64,000 nt of DNA from an uncultured Chloroflexia bacterium (lineage in GTDB: Bacteria > Chloroflexota > Limnocylindria > Limnocylindrales > CSP1-4), in NCBI GenBank assembly GCA_963850555.1, contig CAWKLT010000023.1, forward strand, positions 3,257-67,256, read 5' to 3'. The translations under genes were made by a program, and so were the position numbers. The notes beneath the pieces are model-generated. The model saw only the letters and a program-made list of their open reading frames with translations. It was not told the origin of the DNA and ran no database searches. This document shows, piece after piece, positions 24,693-35,166 of the stretch. Position 1 is the stretch's first letter, and every line of letters begins with the position of its first letter.

Positions 24693-25433
24693 CAGATGCC
24701 CACGGTGACGCGACGCTCGCCGACGGCCCTGGCCGCACTATCGACAAGGGAGCGGACGATCCCGGCGCCGTCATCGGAGCCCAGGATGGCCTCTGAAGCG
24801 CGCTCCGGATGGGGCATCAGTCCGGCCACGTTGCCGGCCGCGTTGATCACGCCGGCGATGGCCCGCATGCGACCCGTTCGGGTTGGCGGCACGGTCGTCC
24901 TCCGCCGCGGGGTTCCCCGCCTCGTCGACGTAGCGGAACAGGACGCGGCCGTCGGCTTCGAGTGCGTCGAGCGTCGCCGTGTCGGCGAAGTAGCAGCCCT
25001 CGCCGTGGGCGATCGGCATGCGCAACGGCCCGGCGGAGTCGAGCGCGTGGGTGAAAGGCGTATCGAGCTGCTCGGCCTTGATCGAGACCTCGCGGCCCAG
25101 GAACCGTACGTCGCGGTTGCGGAGCAACGCCCCCGGGACGAGCCCGGCCTCCGCCAGGACCTGGAATCCGTTGCAGATGCCGAGCACGAGGCCGCCGTCG
25201 GACGCGAATTCGGCGACCGAGCGCATGACCGGGCTGAAGCGCGCGATGACGCCGGCCCGCAGGTAGTCCCCGTACGCGAAACCGCCGGGCAGGATGACCG
25301 CGGCGACACCCCCGAGCGAGGCCTCCTCGTGCCACAGCTCGACGGGTTCGGCGCCGGCCCGGGCCAGGGCGTGCACGGTGTCGCGATCGCAGTTGCTGCC
25401 GGGGAAGACGACGACGCCGACGCGGACCGTCAT
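24692..25433 (-). pseudogene. purQ: FGAM synthase I, glutaminase subunit (PurQ), one frame break (~24868-24872)
   Basis: [23 protein letters not shown]…[16 protein letters not shown]…[12 protein letters not shown]…NPNGS is in ORF 24771..25433. The C-terminal [34 protein letters not shown]… is in ORF 24692..25309. The stop overlaps the purL ATG (TGATG). Confidence 0.9.
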
Positions 25434-25735
25434 GCGTGCCGCTCTCCGGCGGTCGCCGGGGGCGACGCGGTCGTCGATGACGCTCCCGCGATCGATTCGA
25501 TGGCGTACGCCTCGATCAAGGGATTGGCGAGCAGCTCGCCCGCGAGACGCTCGACGACGGCGCGCGCGGCGGCCTCGTCGGCCGCGTCGACGGTCAGCTC
25601 GACCCGCCGGCCGACGCGCACCGCGCTGACCCCGCTGATCCCGAGGTGGTCGAGGCTGCCTTCGACGGCCCGCCCCTGCGGATCGAGGATGCCCGGCTTG
25701 GGCGTGACATTGACGGCGTATCGGTGGGTGCTCAT
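25430..25735 (-). CDS. purS: FGAM synthase subunit PurS
   Basis: 101 aa. …[44 protein letters not shown]…[25 protein letters not shown]… has the typical PurS core. A ~20-aa tail overlaps the purQ start. Confidence 0.85.
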   Translation of the reverse strand: MSTHRYAVNVTPKPGILDPQGRAVEGSLDHLGISGVSAVRVGRRVELTVDAADEAAARAVVERLAGELLANPLIEAYAIESIAGASSTTASPPATAGERHA

Positions 25736-26811
25736 CGGGCGATGACGTCCTCCGCGAGGTATCGGTCGAAGCTGGCGCCGGTGATCCGCTCGAACGCCTC
25801 GATGTAGCGGGCGCGCGTGCCCGCGGCGACGTCGTCGGGGAGTGCCGGCCCGGGCGCCGTCTTGTCCCAGGGCTGCGTTTCGAGCCAGTCGCGCACGAAC
25901 TGCTTGTCGAAGCTGGCCTGCGGGCGACCCGGCTCGTACGTGGCGGCGTCCCAGAAGCGCGAGGAATCGGGGGTCAGCGCCTCATCGATGAGCATCAGCC
26001 GGTCCTCGATCGGCTGGCCGTTCCCATCGTCTGGGCGCCGTCCCGTCGACGGACGCGTGCGCCGCTCGATCTGCTCGGCGGCCGGGCCGACGGCGCGGTC
26101 CGGCTCGCGGTCGTCGAGTTCGGCATCCATCCCGAGGCCGAATTCGAACTTCGTGTCGGCCAGCAGGATCCCCGCGCGAGCGGCGATGGCGGCGGCGTAG
26201 CGATAGAGGGCGATCGATCGGTCGCGGATCACCTCGGCGATCGCCGCAGCGCTCTCCGGGGCAAACGCCGCGTCCCGGCCGATGTGCGCGATCATCTCGT
26301 CGAAGTCGATGTTCTCGTCGTGCTCGCCCTGTTCGGCCTTCGTGGCCGGCGTGAAGATCGGCTCCGGCAATCGGTCGCTTTCGCGGAGGCCATCCGGCAA
26401 CGGGATCCCGCAGACCGTGCCGTGCTCGCGGTATTCCTTCCACCCGGAGCCGGCGAGATAGCCGCGGACGACCGCCTCGATCGGCACGACGGTCGCGTTC
26501 TGGCAGATCATCACGCGACCGCGCCATTTCTCGTGCGGGCCGATCTCCGCCCAACCCGGCAGATCGCTCGAGTCATCGCGAGGATCCCGACGTCGGTGTG
26601 CGCGGAGGTGGTTCGGGACGATCCCGGCCGTCTCGGCGAACCAGAACCGCGACAGGCCGGTCAGCACGCGCCCCTTGTCGGGGATCTCGGTCGGCAGGAC
26701 GACATCGAACGCGCTGATGCGATCCGAGGCAACGAGCAGGAGGCGCCCGTCCGCCAGGGTGTACAGGTCGCGGACCTTGCCCGAGCGCAGGAATTGGTCA
26801 GCGGTCAGCAT
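25732..26811 (-). CDS. purC: SAICAR synthetase (PurC), long form with an internal ~35-aa charged insertion
   Basis: The start was chosen at [51 protein letters not shown]… …[11 protein letters not shown]…LADTKFEFG…[14 protein letters not shown]… The upstream part of ORF 25732..26961 is actually the purB C-terminus (see findings). Confidence 0.88.
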   Translation of the reverse strand: MLTADQFLRSGKVRDLYTLADGRLLLVASDRISAFDVVLPTEIPDKGRVLTGLSRFWFAETAGIVPNHLRAHRRRDPRDDSSDLPGWAEIGPHEKWRGRVMICQNATVVPIEAVVRGYLAGSGWKEYREHGTVCGIPLPDGLRESDRLPEPIFTPATKAEQGEHDENIDFDEMIAHIGRDAAFAPESAAAIAEVIRDRSIALYRYAAAIAARAGILLADTKFEFGLGMDAELDDREPDRAVGPAAEQIERRTRPSTGRRPDDGNGQPIEDRLMLIDEALTPDSSRFWDAATYEPGRPQASFDKQFVRDWLETQPWDKTAPGPALPDDVAAGTRARYIEAFERITGASFDRYLAEDVIAR

Positions 26812-28185
26812 CGGAGACCTCGGCGGCGGTCGGTTCGGTCGGGGCTGACCGGCGGCGTGGGAACGGATGGCGGCCAGCGGCGCGGACGCCGCGATCGTGT
26901 CGAGCCGCGCGATGACGGTGTGGACGTTGCGCAGGAACGTCGCCCTCGTCGAAGCACGCATCGAGGTCGGCCAGGGACAGGCGCTGGGCCACCACCGGGT
27001 CGAGCGCCAGCAGGTCGCGCAGGGGCGCGCGCTCGTCCGCAGCCCGCAGGGCCGCGCGCTGGACGATCGCGTAGGCCTCCTCGCGCCCGATCCCGGCCTT
27101 CTCGACGAGCGCCACGAGGACCCGGCTGCTCGCGTGCAGGCCGAGACCGCGCGAGATGTTCTCGCGCATCCGCTCGGACCGGACGACCAGGCCCTCCAGC
27201 AGACCGGTCGTGCGCACGAGCATGTAATCGAGCAGGATCGTGGCGTCGGGCAGGATCACCCGTTCCGCGCTCGAGTGGCTGATGTCGCGCTCGTGCCAGA
27301 GCGGCTGGTTCTCGAGCGCCGTGTGGGCGTAGCCGCGCAGCAGCCGGGCCAGCCCGGAGATCCGCTCCGACACGATCGGATTGCGCTTGTGGGGCATCGC
27401 GGACGAGCCCTTCTGGCCGGTCTTGAACGGCTCCTGGACCTCGCCGATCTCGGTGTGCTGGAGGTTGCGGATCTCGGTCGCGATGCGCTCCAGGGTCCCG
27501 CCCAGGATCGCGATCGCGGCCAGCAGCGCCGCGTGCCGGTCGCGCTGGACGATCTGCGTGCTCACGGGGTCGGCGTGGAGGCCGAGCTCGGCGAGGACCT
27601 CGGTCTCGATGTCGGGGTCGAGGTGGCTGTACGTCCCGACCGGCCCGGAGATCTTGCCCGTGCCGATCTCGTCCACGGCCGTGGCGAGCCGCGTGCGGCC
27701 TCGGTCGACCTCGAACGCCCAGCCGGCCAGCTTCAGCCCGAACGTCGTGGGCTCGGCGTGCACGGAGTGGGTGCGTCCCATCATCGTCGTGTCGGCCTCG
27801 GCGCGGGCGCGCGCGACGAGCACGGTCAGGAGGCGGTCGCAGTCGCCGAGGAGCCGCTCGCCGGCCGCGCGGAGCTGGAGCGCGAGACCCGTGTCGACGA
27901 CGTCGCTGCTGGTCAGGCCAAGGTGGAGATAGCGACCCTCGGGACCGACCTTCTCGGCGACCTGCGAGACGAAGGCGATGATGTCGTGGTCGGTCGTGCG
28001 CTCGATCTCGGCGATCCGGTCGACGTCGATGCTGGCGCGGGTCTCGATGGCCTCGAGGGCTTCGGCCGGGATCAGGCCACGCGCGGTCTGCGCCCGGGCG
28101 ACCGCGAGCTCGACCCGGAGCATCTGCTCGAAGCGGGCACTCTCGGACCAGATGGCGCCCATCTCGGCGAGCGTGTAGCGGCGGA

Positions 28186-28189
<4 letters not shown>
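26798..28189 (-). pseudogene. purB: Adenylosuccinate lyase (PurB), frame break near 26938-26950; the conserved C-terminus continues in the purC frame
   Basis: MIRRYTLAEMGAIWSESARFEQMLRVELAVA…HLGLTSSDVVDTG…SSAMPHKRNPIVSERI…LSLADLDACFDE is in the ORF 26798..28648 frame. The expected ending (A)TFLRNVHTVIARLD is in the ORF 25732..26961 frame. The ATG at 28189 overlaps the purD stop (ATGA). Confidence 0.88.
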
Positions 28190-29502
<1,313 letters not shown>

Positions 29503-29516
29503 CACGAGGCGCCCGC

Positions 29517-30825
29517 TCACGCCGGGATCCCCGGGCGCCGGCGCATGGGCCGGAAGGCCCGCTCGATGGTCTGGGTGCGCTCCGGACCGACCGATACGAG
29601 CACGATCGGCACGCCAGCGTGCTCCTCGATGGCCGAGACGTAGCGCCGCGCGTTCTCGGGCAGGTCGCCGAGGGAGCGGACGGCGTGGATCGGCTCGGTC
29701 CAGCCCGGGAAACTGCTCGTAGATCGGGGTCACGCGCGAGAGCGCGGCGCCACTCGATGGCCATGTCTCGACGCGCCGTCCATCGAGCTCGTAGGCGACG
29801 CAGATGCAGAGCGGGTCGACGCCGGACAGGATGTCGAGCTTGTTGAGCATGATCGAGCTCACGCTGTTGACGGCGACCGCGTAGCGCAGCGGCACAGCAT
29901 CGAACCAGCCGATGCGCCGGGCGCGTCCCGTCACCGTCCCGACCTCGCGGCCACGTTCGGCGATCCCGGCGGCGACGCCGTCGAGCAGCTCGGTCGGGTA
30001 CGGACCGGAGCCCACGCGCGTCGAATACGCCTTCATGACCCCGATGACCTCATCGACCTGCAACGGCCCGATGCCGCCACCGGTGCACGCGCCACCGGCC
30101 ACCGGGTTGGACGAGGTCACGAACGGGTAGCTCCCGTGGTCCAGGTCCAGGAGCGTGCCCTGGGCGCCCTCGAGGAGCACGTGCTCGCCGCGCGCCAGGG
30201 CGGCCTGGACGAGCCACGTCGTGTCGTCGAGATGCTGCTCGAGCCGCTCCCCCCAGCCAGCGGCCAGGTCGACCAGCGCCTCGACATCGAAGGCCTCGAC
30301 GCCCATCGACCCGAGAACCAGGTTCTTGTCCGGCAGTGCGCGCGCGATCCGCTCGCGCAGGACCGCTCGATCGAGGAGGTCCTCCATCCGCAGGCCCAGC
30401 CGCCACGCCCGATCTCCGTACGCGGGGCCGATGCCACGGCCCGTCGTCCCGACCTTCGCGCCCCCGAGTCGCGACTCGTTCCCCTGGTCCAGGGCCACGT
30501 GGTACGGCATGATCACGTGCGCGCTGCGACTGACCCGGACGCGGTCCGTCGAGATGCCGCGGGCGGTCAGCATGTCGAACTCGGCGATGAGGGTCACGGG
30601 GTTGACCACCACGCCATTGCCGATGACGGACGTGATGTGCGGGTAGAGCACCCCCGACGGGGTCAGCTGGAGCTTGAAGACCTCGTCCCCGCGGACGACG
30701 GTGTGGCCGGCGTTGTCGCCACCCTGGTAGCGCACGACCATGGCCGTCTGCTCGGCCAGGAAGTCGGTCGTCTTGCCCTTGCCCTCGTCGCCCCACTGCA
30801 GCCCGACGATCACGGTAGCCGGCAT
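29517..30825 (-). pseudogene. purA: Adenylosuccinate synthetase (PurA), one frame break (~29706-29712)
   Basis: MPATVIVGLQWGDEGKGKTTDFLAEQTAMVVRYQGGDNAGHTVV…GTTGRGIGPAYGDR…TPIYEQFPG. After tttCCCGGGctgg the conserved end [47 protein letters not shown]…* lies in another frame, with its stop at 29519-29517. In the supplied track purA is fused to the purD N-terminus in ORF 29083..31221. Confidence 0.9.
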
Positions 30826-30969
30826 TAGGGGGCCGTTTCCGAGAATCCGCTCGCCAGGCCGGCCAGATCGAGGCGCCGGGCTGAGCAAGGGAGCGAGCGC
30901 ACTGGAAGTGCGTGAGCGACCGGCGGAGGCCGGCAACGCCGAGCTGGTCGAGCATGGCGCGCGGCCAAC

Positions 30970-30997
30970 AAAAAAGCCCCCGGGCACGTGCCCTGGG
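30970..30997 (-). terminator. Rho-independent terminator, minus strand, upstream of purA
   Basis: The minus strand reads CCCAGGGCACGUGCCCGGGGGCUUUUUUG, a GC-only stem (one A.G mismatch) followed by six U. A T6 run is conspicuous in this GC-rich sequence. No minus-strand gene ends here. Confidence 0.6.
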
Positions 30998-31304
30998 ACC
31001 CGGATAGACCTCTCCCGTCTTGCCCCGCCTACAGAGCGACGGTGCATCGGTCCGTGGTCGCTTGGACGCCTCACGGGACGGCCGAAGCGCCCTTCTCGCG
31101 CGATCGCTTGACCTCCTGGTTCGCGGGGAGCCCCGCTGCGGTCGAGGACGGCCGGAGTATAGCAGCCGGCTTCCCCGTGGACCGGCCGCTCGACCCGTGG
31201 CGCGGACCTCGACCTATCCACATCGGCGGTACCTCTGGCGGGTGCCCGGTGGTACCTCCGGCGAGACCGTCGAAGGGGTGTCCACCGGTAGCCTTGGGAA
31301 CGTG

Positions 31305-33104
31305 ATGCGCCTAATCGGGGTCCTGGCGCTCGCGGCTCCGGTCGCGATCGGGGCCCTGGCCTTGTTCGTGCCCGATGCCCTGATCTCGTGGATCGACGAG
31401 GGCGTCCGCTCGGTGCTCGCCGCGATCGCGGCCGGCGCCATCGGCGTGTCGCTCACCGCCCTCGTCGTAGGGGCGCATTTCCGCTACCGATTCTCGCGTC
31501 TGGTCAAGGCCGCCGAGCAGATCGCCGCGGGCGACTACACGATCAAGGTCCCCGCGCAGGGCGTCGGTCTCGAGGGCCGCATGGCCGTCGCCGTGAACGA
31601 CATCTCGGGCGCCCTGGCGGACACCCACGACCGGGCGACGTTCGACCGGCTGACCGGGGTGTCGAATCGACAGGCACTCCTGGCCGAGCTGTTCTCCGAG
31701 GTCGTGCGCGCGACGCGCTACGAACGCCCGCTGTCGGTCGCGTTCGTGGACATCGATCATTTCAAGGCCGTCAACGACACGTATGGCCACAGCGTCGGTG
31801 ACGTGGTGCTGCGCGGCGTGGCCCAGACACTGTCCGAGAACCTGCGCGGGACGGACATGATCGGTCGGTACGGCGGCGAGGAATTCATGCTGATCCTCAC
31901 CGAGACCGACGTCGAGGAAGGGGCCTTCCTGGCCGAGAAGTTGCGGACGCTGGTCCAGCGCCAGCGCTATCAGGTCGAAGGCGGCCAGGTCATCTCGGTC
32001 ACCATCTCGATCGGCATCGCCGGTGGCGTCGGGAACAAGGTCCGCATGGAGACCCTGATCCGCGACGCGGACGCGGCGATGTACTCGGCCAAGTCGCTCG
32101 GCCGGAACCAGACCTACATCTTCGCCGAGCCCGATGACGACAACCGGGTTCCGCGTGCTCCCATCTCGGCGGTCGGCCGGGCAAGGGCACTCGAGGTCGG
32201 CCAACTGGCTCGAGACGCCGCCACGAACGCGCTCACGTCCGTGCTGTTGCCGCTCCCCCACTATCGCGGCCAGCCCTCGCCGGTCATCGCGACGATCGTC
32301 GTGTCGATGGCCAGGCAACTCCAGCTGCCGGACGCCGACATCGATCGGCTGCGGATCGCCGCCCTCCTGCACGACGTCGGCAAGGTCGCCGTGCCGAAGG
32401 AGATCCTCGAGAAGACGACCGCGCTGACCTCGGCCGAATGGCGGACCGTGGTCCAGCATCCGCGCGTCGGCCAGGTCATCCTGGAGCATGCCTCGGCGCT
32501 GAAGGACGCGGTGCCGATCATCCTCCACCACCACGAGCGCTACGCCGGACACGGATATCCGTTCGGCCTGCGCGCCAACGAGATCCCCCTGGGTGCCCGG
32601 ATCGTGGCCATCGCCGATGCCTACGACGCCATGACCACCGACCGGCCGTACAAGCGCGCGATGTCGCACGTGGCGGCGATCGCCGAGCTGCGACGCCACG
32701 CGGGAACGCAATTCGACCCCGAGCTCGTCGAGTCCTTCTGCGACCTGTACAGCAACGAGGCGCCGGCACCCGATCCGGCCGTGCTGGCGATGATCGCGGC
32801 CAGCGATGCCCACGCCGCTCAGGCGATCACGGTCCCGGGCGCCCTGTCCGTGCGTCCGGCGCGCCGGCGCCGCCGGTCGGACGAAGTCGCGGGCAAAGCG
32901 GCTCCGTCCGGCGCGCTCGAGGCGGTATCGGACACGCCCGAGTCGCAGACGATGGCGCCAGACGGCGCGCTCGGCATCGCGGAGAGCCCGTCGGCACCTG
33001 GATCATCGAGGCGCCGGTCCGCACCGAGCACGGAACGGGCGGTCACGTCGTTGCCCGCCCCGAGCGAACCTCGCCCCGGCCGTTCCGAGACGGCCACCCG
33101 CTGA
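31305..33104 (+). CDS. Membrane-anchored diguanylate cyclase (GGDEF) fused to an HD-GYP phosphodiesterase domain
   Basis: The start was chosen at MRLIGVLALAAPVAIGALALFV… (two TM segments plus a HAMP-like linker). GGDEF domain: …FDRLTGVSNRQALL…VAFVDIDHFKAVNDTYGHSVGDVVL…LRGTDMIGRYGGEEFMLIL (RxxD I-site plus GGEEF). HD-GYP domain: IAALLHDVGKVAVP…HHHERYAGHGYPFGL…IVAIADAYDAMTTDRPY. Confidence 0.88.
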   Translation: MRLIGVLALAAPVAIGALALFVPDALISWIDEGVRSVLAAIAAGAIGVSLTALVVGAHFRYRFSRLVKAAEQIAAGDYTIKVPAQGVGLEGRMAVAVNDISGALADTHDRATFDRLTGVSNRQALLAELFSEVVRATRYERPLSVAFVDIDHFKAVNDTYGHSVGDVVLRGVAQTLSENLRGTDMIGRYGGEEFMLILTETDVEEGAFLAEKLRTLVQRQRYQVEGGQVISVTISIGIAGGVGNKVRMETLIRDADAAMYSAKSLGRNQTYIFAEPDDDNRVPRAPISAVGRARALEVGQLARDAATNALTSVLLPLPHYRGQPSPVIATIVVSMARQLQLPDADIDRLRIAALLHDVGKVAVPKEILEKTTALTSAEWRTVVQHPRVGQVILEHASALKDAVPIILHHHERYAGHGYPFGLRANEIPLGARIVAIADAYDAMTTDRPYKRAMSHVAAIAELRRHAGTQFDPELVESFCDLYSNEAPAPDPAVLAMIAASDAHAAQAITVPGALSVRPARRRRRSDEVAGKAAPSGALEAVSDTPESQTMAPDGALGIAESPSAPGSSRRRSAPSTERAVTSLPAPSEPRPGRSETATR

Positions 33105-33382
33105 CTTCGACGCCGTGCGTGGCGGTCGCGCGTCGGTGGTGAGGCCCAGTGAAGTCGGAGGTACGGGCCGGCTAAGAGGCCGCTGCTAGGGTCCGTCGTG
33201 CCCGCCGGTGATTGCCGGCCCCGCCGAAACGAACGCCCCGCCGAACGCCGTACCGCCGAACGCGACCCTCCGCCGGGCCCGTCCGCCGGGGCCGGCGACC
33301 CAGCCCCGCCGCATCTAGGACCCGCCGTCCGTACGCAGGTCGGTACCGGACCATTCCGGCCGACCGGGAAGGAGATCGGACC

Positions 33383-33859
33383 GTGAACAAGGTCTTTCTG
33401 ACTGGGCGCCTGACGCGCGACCCGGAGATGCGCAGTCTCGCATCGGGAAAGAACGTCACGACGTTCACCGTGGCAAGCAACGAGTTCATCGGGGGCGGCC
33501 GCGAGAAGGCCGAGTACCACCCCGTCGTCACCTGGGATCGGCTGGCGGAGATCGCCGGCACGTATCTCGGCAAGGGCCAGCAGGTCGCCATCGAGGGTCG
33601 CCTGCAGACGCGATCCTGGGACGACGACCGCGGCCAAAGGCACTGGAAGACCGAAGTGGTGGCCAGCCACGTCGAGATGCTGTCCGGGCGCCGGAAGAAG
33701 GATTACGAGGCCCAGCAGTCGGCCGACGCCCTCGTCGCCCAGGCCGAGAAGTTCGGCGACGTCCCGCCGAGCGACCCGATCCCCGAGGGCGCGGAGGCCA
33801 TCGCACCGGACGATCCGGACGAGGACGAGGAGCAGGAGGGCACCGAAGCCGCGGCCTGA
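33383..33859 (+). CDS. ssb: Single-stranded DNA-binding protein (OB fold), non-canonical C-terminal tail
   Basis: GTG start with GGAAGGAG 7 nt upstream. VNKVFLTGRLTRDPEMRSLASGKNVTTFTVASNE…YHPVVTWDRLAEIAGTYLGKGQQVAIEGRLQTRSWDDDRGQRHWKTEVVASHVEML. The acidic tail ends …DEDEEQEGTEAAA rather than the usual D-D-[IL]-P-F. Confidence 0.85.
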   Translation: MNKVFLTGRLTRDPEMRSLASGKNVTTFTVASNEFIGGGREKAEYHPVVTWDRLAEIAGTYLGKGQQVAIEGRLQTRSWDDDRGQRHWKTEVVASHVEMLSGRRKKDYEAQQSADALVAQAEKFGDVPPSDPIPEGAEAIAPDDPDEDEEQEGTEAAA

Positions 33860-33880
33860 CAGCCGCTTCGCAGTTCCCGC

Positions 33881-33918
33881 GGCGGCGACGCGTGTCCCCC
33901 TCCCGCGTCGTCGCCGCC
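33881..33918. terminator. GC-rich hairpin between convergent ssb and cax genes
   Basis: GGCGGCGACGCG-(11-nt loop)-CGCGTCGTCGCCGCC gives 5 + 7 bp with a 3-nt bulge. It is located in the 79-bp gap between the two stop codons. There is no clear U-tract. Confidence 0.4.
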
Positions 33919-33938
33919 CCTTCCGAAATGATCCGCGG

Positions 33939-35075
33939 TCAGCGGAACTCGAAGAAGGAGATCGCCAGGATCGCGTACACGATCATGAGGAGCGCGCCCT
34001 CGAGCCAGTTCGACTCACCGTCGAGGGCGATGAGCGCGCTGATGCCCACGGCGGCCCCGACGGCCGCGATCTCCAGCGGGGTGAAGACGAGGTCCATCGG
34101 CTGGCCCATGAGCGCGCCGAGGAGCACCAGGACGGGCGCGACGAAGAGCGCGACCTGGAGGCTCGAGCCGTAGCTCACGGCCATCGCGAATTCCATCTTG
34201 TTCTTGGCCGCCAGCTGGACCGCGACGAGGTGCTCCGCGAGGTTGCCGATGGTCGGCACGAGCACGACGCCGACGAAGAAGAAGCTCAACCCGAACGACT
34301 CCACGAACCCTTCGATCGAGCTCACCAGGATCTCCGACAGCACGGCCAGCAGCGCCGCCGCCACCAGCAGCACGGCGATGGCGGTTCGCATCGTCCAGGC
34401 CGGACCGGCGTGACCCGCCGGCTCCCCGTGGCCACCGAGCGTCTGCGCGGGGTTGGTGAACTGGTAGATCAGGGAGAGGGCGTACCCGACCATCAACGCG
34501 ATGGCGACCAGCACGGACTCCTCCGTCAGCGAGCCCTGCTGGGGATTCGTGATCGTCAGCGCGAAGACCGCGGGCACGAACAGCCCGATGACCGCGAGGA
34601 CCAGCAGCGCTGCGTTCGAGGCGGCGATCTTCGGGCTGAACTGCTGCGTCCCGTGGCGCAGCCCACCGATCAGGACGCTCGCGCCCAGCACGAGCAGCAG
34701 GTTGCCGATGATCGAGCCCGTGATCGATGCCTTGACGACCTCGATGAGCCCGGCCTGCAGGGCGAAGAACGCGATGATCAGCTCGGCGATGTTCCCGAAG
34801 GTCGCGTTGAGGATGCCGCCCACCTGGGGCCCGGTCAGCGAGCCCAGGCGTTCCGTCGAGATGCCCACGACCCAGGCCAGCCCGAGGATCGCGGCGGCGG
34901 CCGCCACGAACACGACCGTCTCGTCGGCGTGGAGGCCGAAATCCAGCACGATGGCGATGACGCTCGCCACCAGCGTGAACAGCAGGAACCCTCGAGCGAA
35001 CGGCGAGAGGGGGCCGACGATGGGCAGGCCGGACCCGGGGCCCGGTGCGGGGGCCGGAGCGGCGGTCGCAGTCAC
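33939..35075 (-). CDS. Ca2+/H+ antiporter (CaCA/CAX family)
   Basis: 378 aa and polytopic. Two alpha-repeat signatures are present: …GNIAELIIAFFALQAGLIEVVKASITGSIIGNLLLVLG… and …GNLAEHLVAVQLAAKNKMEFAMAVSYGSSLQVALFVAPVLVLLG…. Confidence 0.8.
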   Translation of the reverse strand: MTATAAPAPAPGPGSGLPIVGPLSPFARGFLLFTLVASVIAIVLDFGLHADETVVFVAAAAAILGLAWVVGISTERLGSLTGPQVGGILNATFGNIAELIIAFFALQAGLIEVVKASITGSIIGNLLLVLGASVLIGGLRHGTQQFSPKIAASNAALLVLAVIGLFVPAVFALTITNPQQGSLTEESVLVAIALMVGYALSLIYQFTNPAQTLGGHGEPAGHAGPAWTMRTAIAVLLVAAALLAVLSEILVSSIEGFVESFGLSFFFVGVVLVPTIGNLAEHLVAVQLAAKNKMEFAMAVSYGSSLQVALFVAPVLVLLGALMGQPMDLVFTPLEIAAVGAAVGISALIALDGESNWLEGALLMIVYAILAISFFEFR

Positions 35076-35166
35076 GCGGACATGCTACCGAGTCGAGAGG
35101 CAGCCGTAAGGCCGCGAGGGCGTCGTGCGGGACCCGTGACAGCCACGCGGATGCACTGTCGCGGAC

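Noticed and set aside
30970-31161. Assignment of the purA leader to a known riboswitch or RNA class (purine, ZTP/pfl, ykkC-PRPP, SRP/4.5S, 6S).
   Set aside because: None of the conserved core sequences I can recall for these classes is present (for example CCGUAAA…GACUA, CCGCCUGGGC, GGAAGG.AGCAGC). The element is kept as an unclassified finding only.
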